A stretch of 64,000 nt of DNA from Candidatus Aenigmatarchaeota archaeon (GTDB lineage: Archaea > Aenigmatarchaeota > Aenigmatarchaeia > PWEA01 > JACQIF01). Shown piece after piece: positions 63,334 to 64,000 of this stretch. Made by a program: the position numbers and the translations under genes. Location of the stretch: assembly GCA_016432325.1 (NCBI GenBank), contig CP066684.1:448001-512000 (forward strand). The letters run 5' to 3'. Positions within the stretch are counted from its first letter, which is position 1. Every line of letters begins with the position of its first letter. Below the pieces are notes generated by a model. It was given only the letters and a program-made list of their open reading frames with translations, ran no database searches and had not been told where the DNA came from.

Positions 63334-63744
63334 ATGATGGACACGGTCTCTCTGAGTGCCGAAGAGATAAAGAAGAGGTGGCAGGTGCCTCTTGCGATTC
63401 ATGGCTACCGAGGCGTTGAAGTCGACGAAAACGAAACAGAAACGGATATGATAGCCATCTCTGCCAACGTTGCGTTCTGGAAGTTGCGCGACAGAGACGG
63501 TCTGCTTATCTCGGCCGGCATGGTTAAACAAGAGGACGGTGCTCCTGTTCCTGTCGAGGAGGTTCATCCCGTTGGTCTGGCTCATGAGTACTTCGAAGGG
63601 CTTTCAGAGTGGATGCAGCTGAACGGCAGTCCCATGAGAACTATGCAGACTATCAACGGCAGGTCTTTCTTCGCTTACAAATTCGACAACTACAAACTGC
63701 ACAGGCTGTTGAGGATGTCTGCCCAAGAGAGACATGTGGCTTGA
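63334..63744 (+). CDS. Hypothetical protein
   Basis: 136-aa ORF. A paralog follows. Confidence 0.75.
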   Translation: MMDTVSLSAEEIKKRWQVPLAIHGYRGVEVDENETETDMIAISANVAFWKLRDRDGLLISAGMVKQEDGAPVPVEEVHPVGLAHEYFEGLSEWMQLNGSPMRTMQTINGRSFFAYKFDNYKLHRLLRMSAQERHVA

Positions 63745-63790
63745 CCATCGTCTTTAAATAGATATGTACCCTCTTCAGAGTAGTGATAGA

Positions 63791-64000
63791 ATGGCCGACC
63801 TCAAACACGTGAAACGCTGGCTGATGGAAGAGGCCACCGATATAAAGAAGTCTTGGGGGCCTCTGCTGGCTCCTCATGACTATGACACAGTTGTTGAGAC
63901 GCACAAGCTGGCCAACACACTAGACTGGGAAAACGGCAGACGTGGAGGCGTTGCGTTCTGGAAAGGTTATGGAACCGACGGAGTTGCCGTCCAAAACCTC
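63791..64000 (+). CDS. Hypothetical protein, partial, paralog of 63334..63744
   Basis: Manual translation shares IKKxW..LA.H.Y and VAFWK...DG. Open to the right edge. Confidence 0.7.
   Translation, partial: MADLKHVKRWLMEEATDIKKSWGPLLAPHDYDTVVETHKLANTLDWENGRRGGVAFWKGYGTDGVAVQNL

Overview
Archaeal chromosomal window with high coding density, GC-rich codons and GGAGG/GGTGA ribosome-binding sites. Gene content and the families of hypothetical proteins suggest a DPANN-type archaeon, possibly Aenigmarchaeota-like (inference, not tested). Housekeeping genes: dph6, tfb, trm1, trpS, rpl10e, argS, rnhB, rps8e, Lsm, rpl37e, EF-1beta, Sec61beta, trxB. Other blocks: (1) a dispersed lower mevalonate/isoprenoid pathway (MVK, mevalonate decarboxylase, IPK, IDI-2, two trans-prenyltransferases flanking a CARF-like/wHTH regulator, and a divergent cis-prenyltransferase); (2) a large type IV pilus/Tad locus with 7 class III-signal pilins, an ATPase and two platform proteins, next to three KaiC-like ATPases and a 2001-aa surface protein, plus a second pilus ATPase at the left edge; (3) a bacterial-type sufBDSUC operon; (4) a VapBC pair and a DsbA cluster. 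The best candidates for undescribed biology are: (a) an uncharacterised minus-strand cluster at 6.5-14.1 kb (MNT-HEPN, glutaredoxin-TIM-barrel fusion, coiled-coil protein, three multi-TM proteins, and small proteins sharing an FDAxRHRxVSYGSRGxRG motif); (b) a family of tiny AAC-Nn-GTT hairpin insertions flanked by direct repeats, found between genes, at translation starts and in frame inside argS. No rRNA, tRNA, CRISPR array or transposase was recognised. Several genes missing or truncated in the ORF track were recovered by hand.
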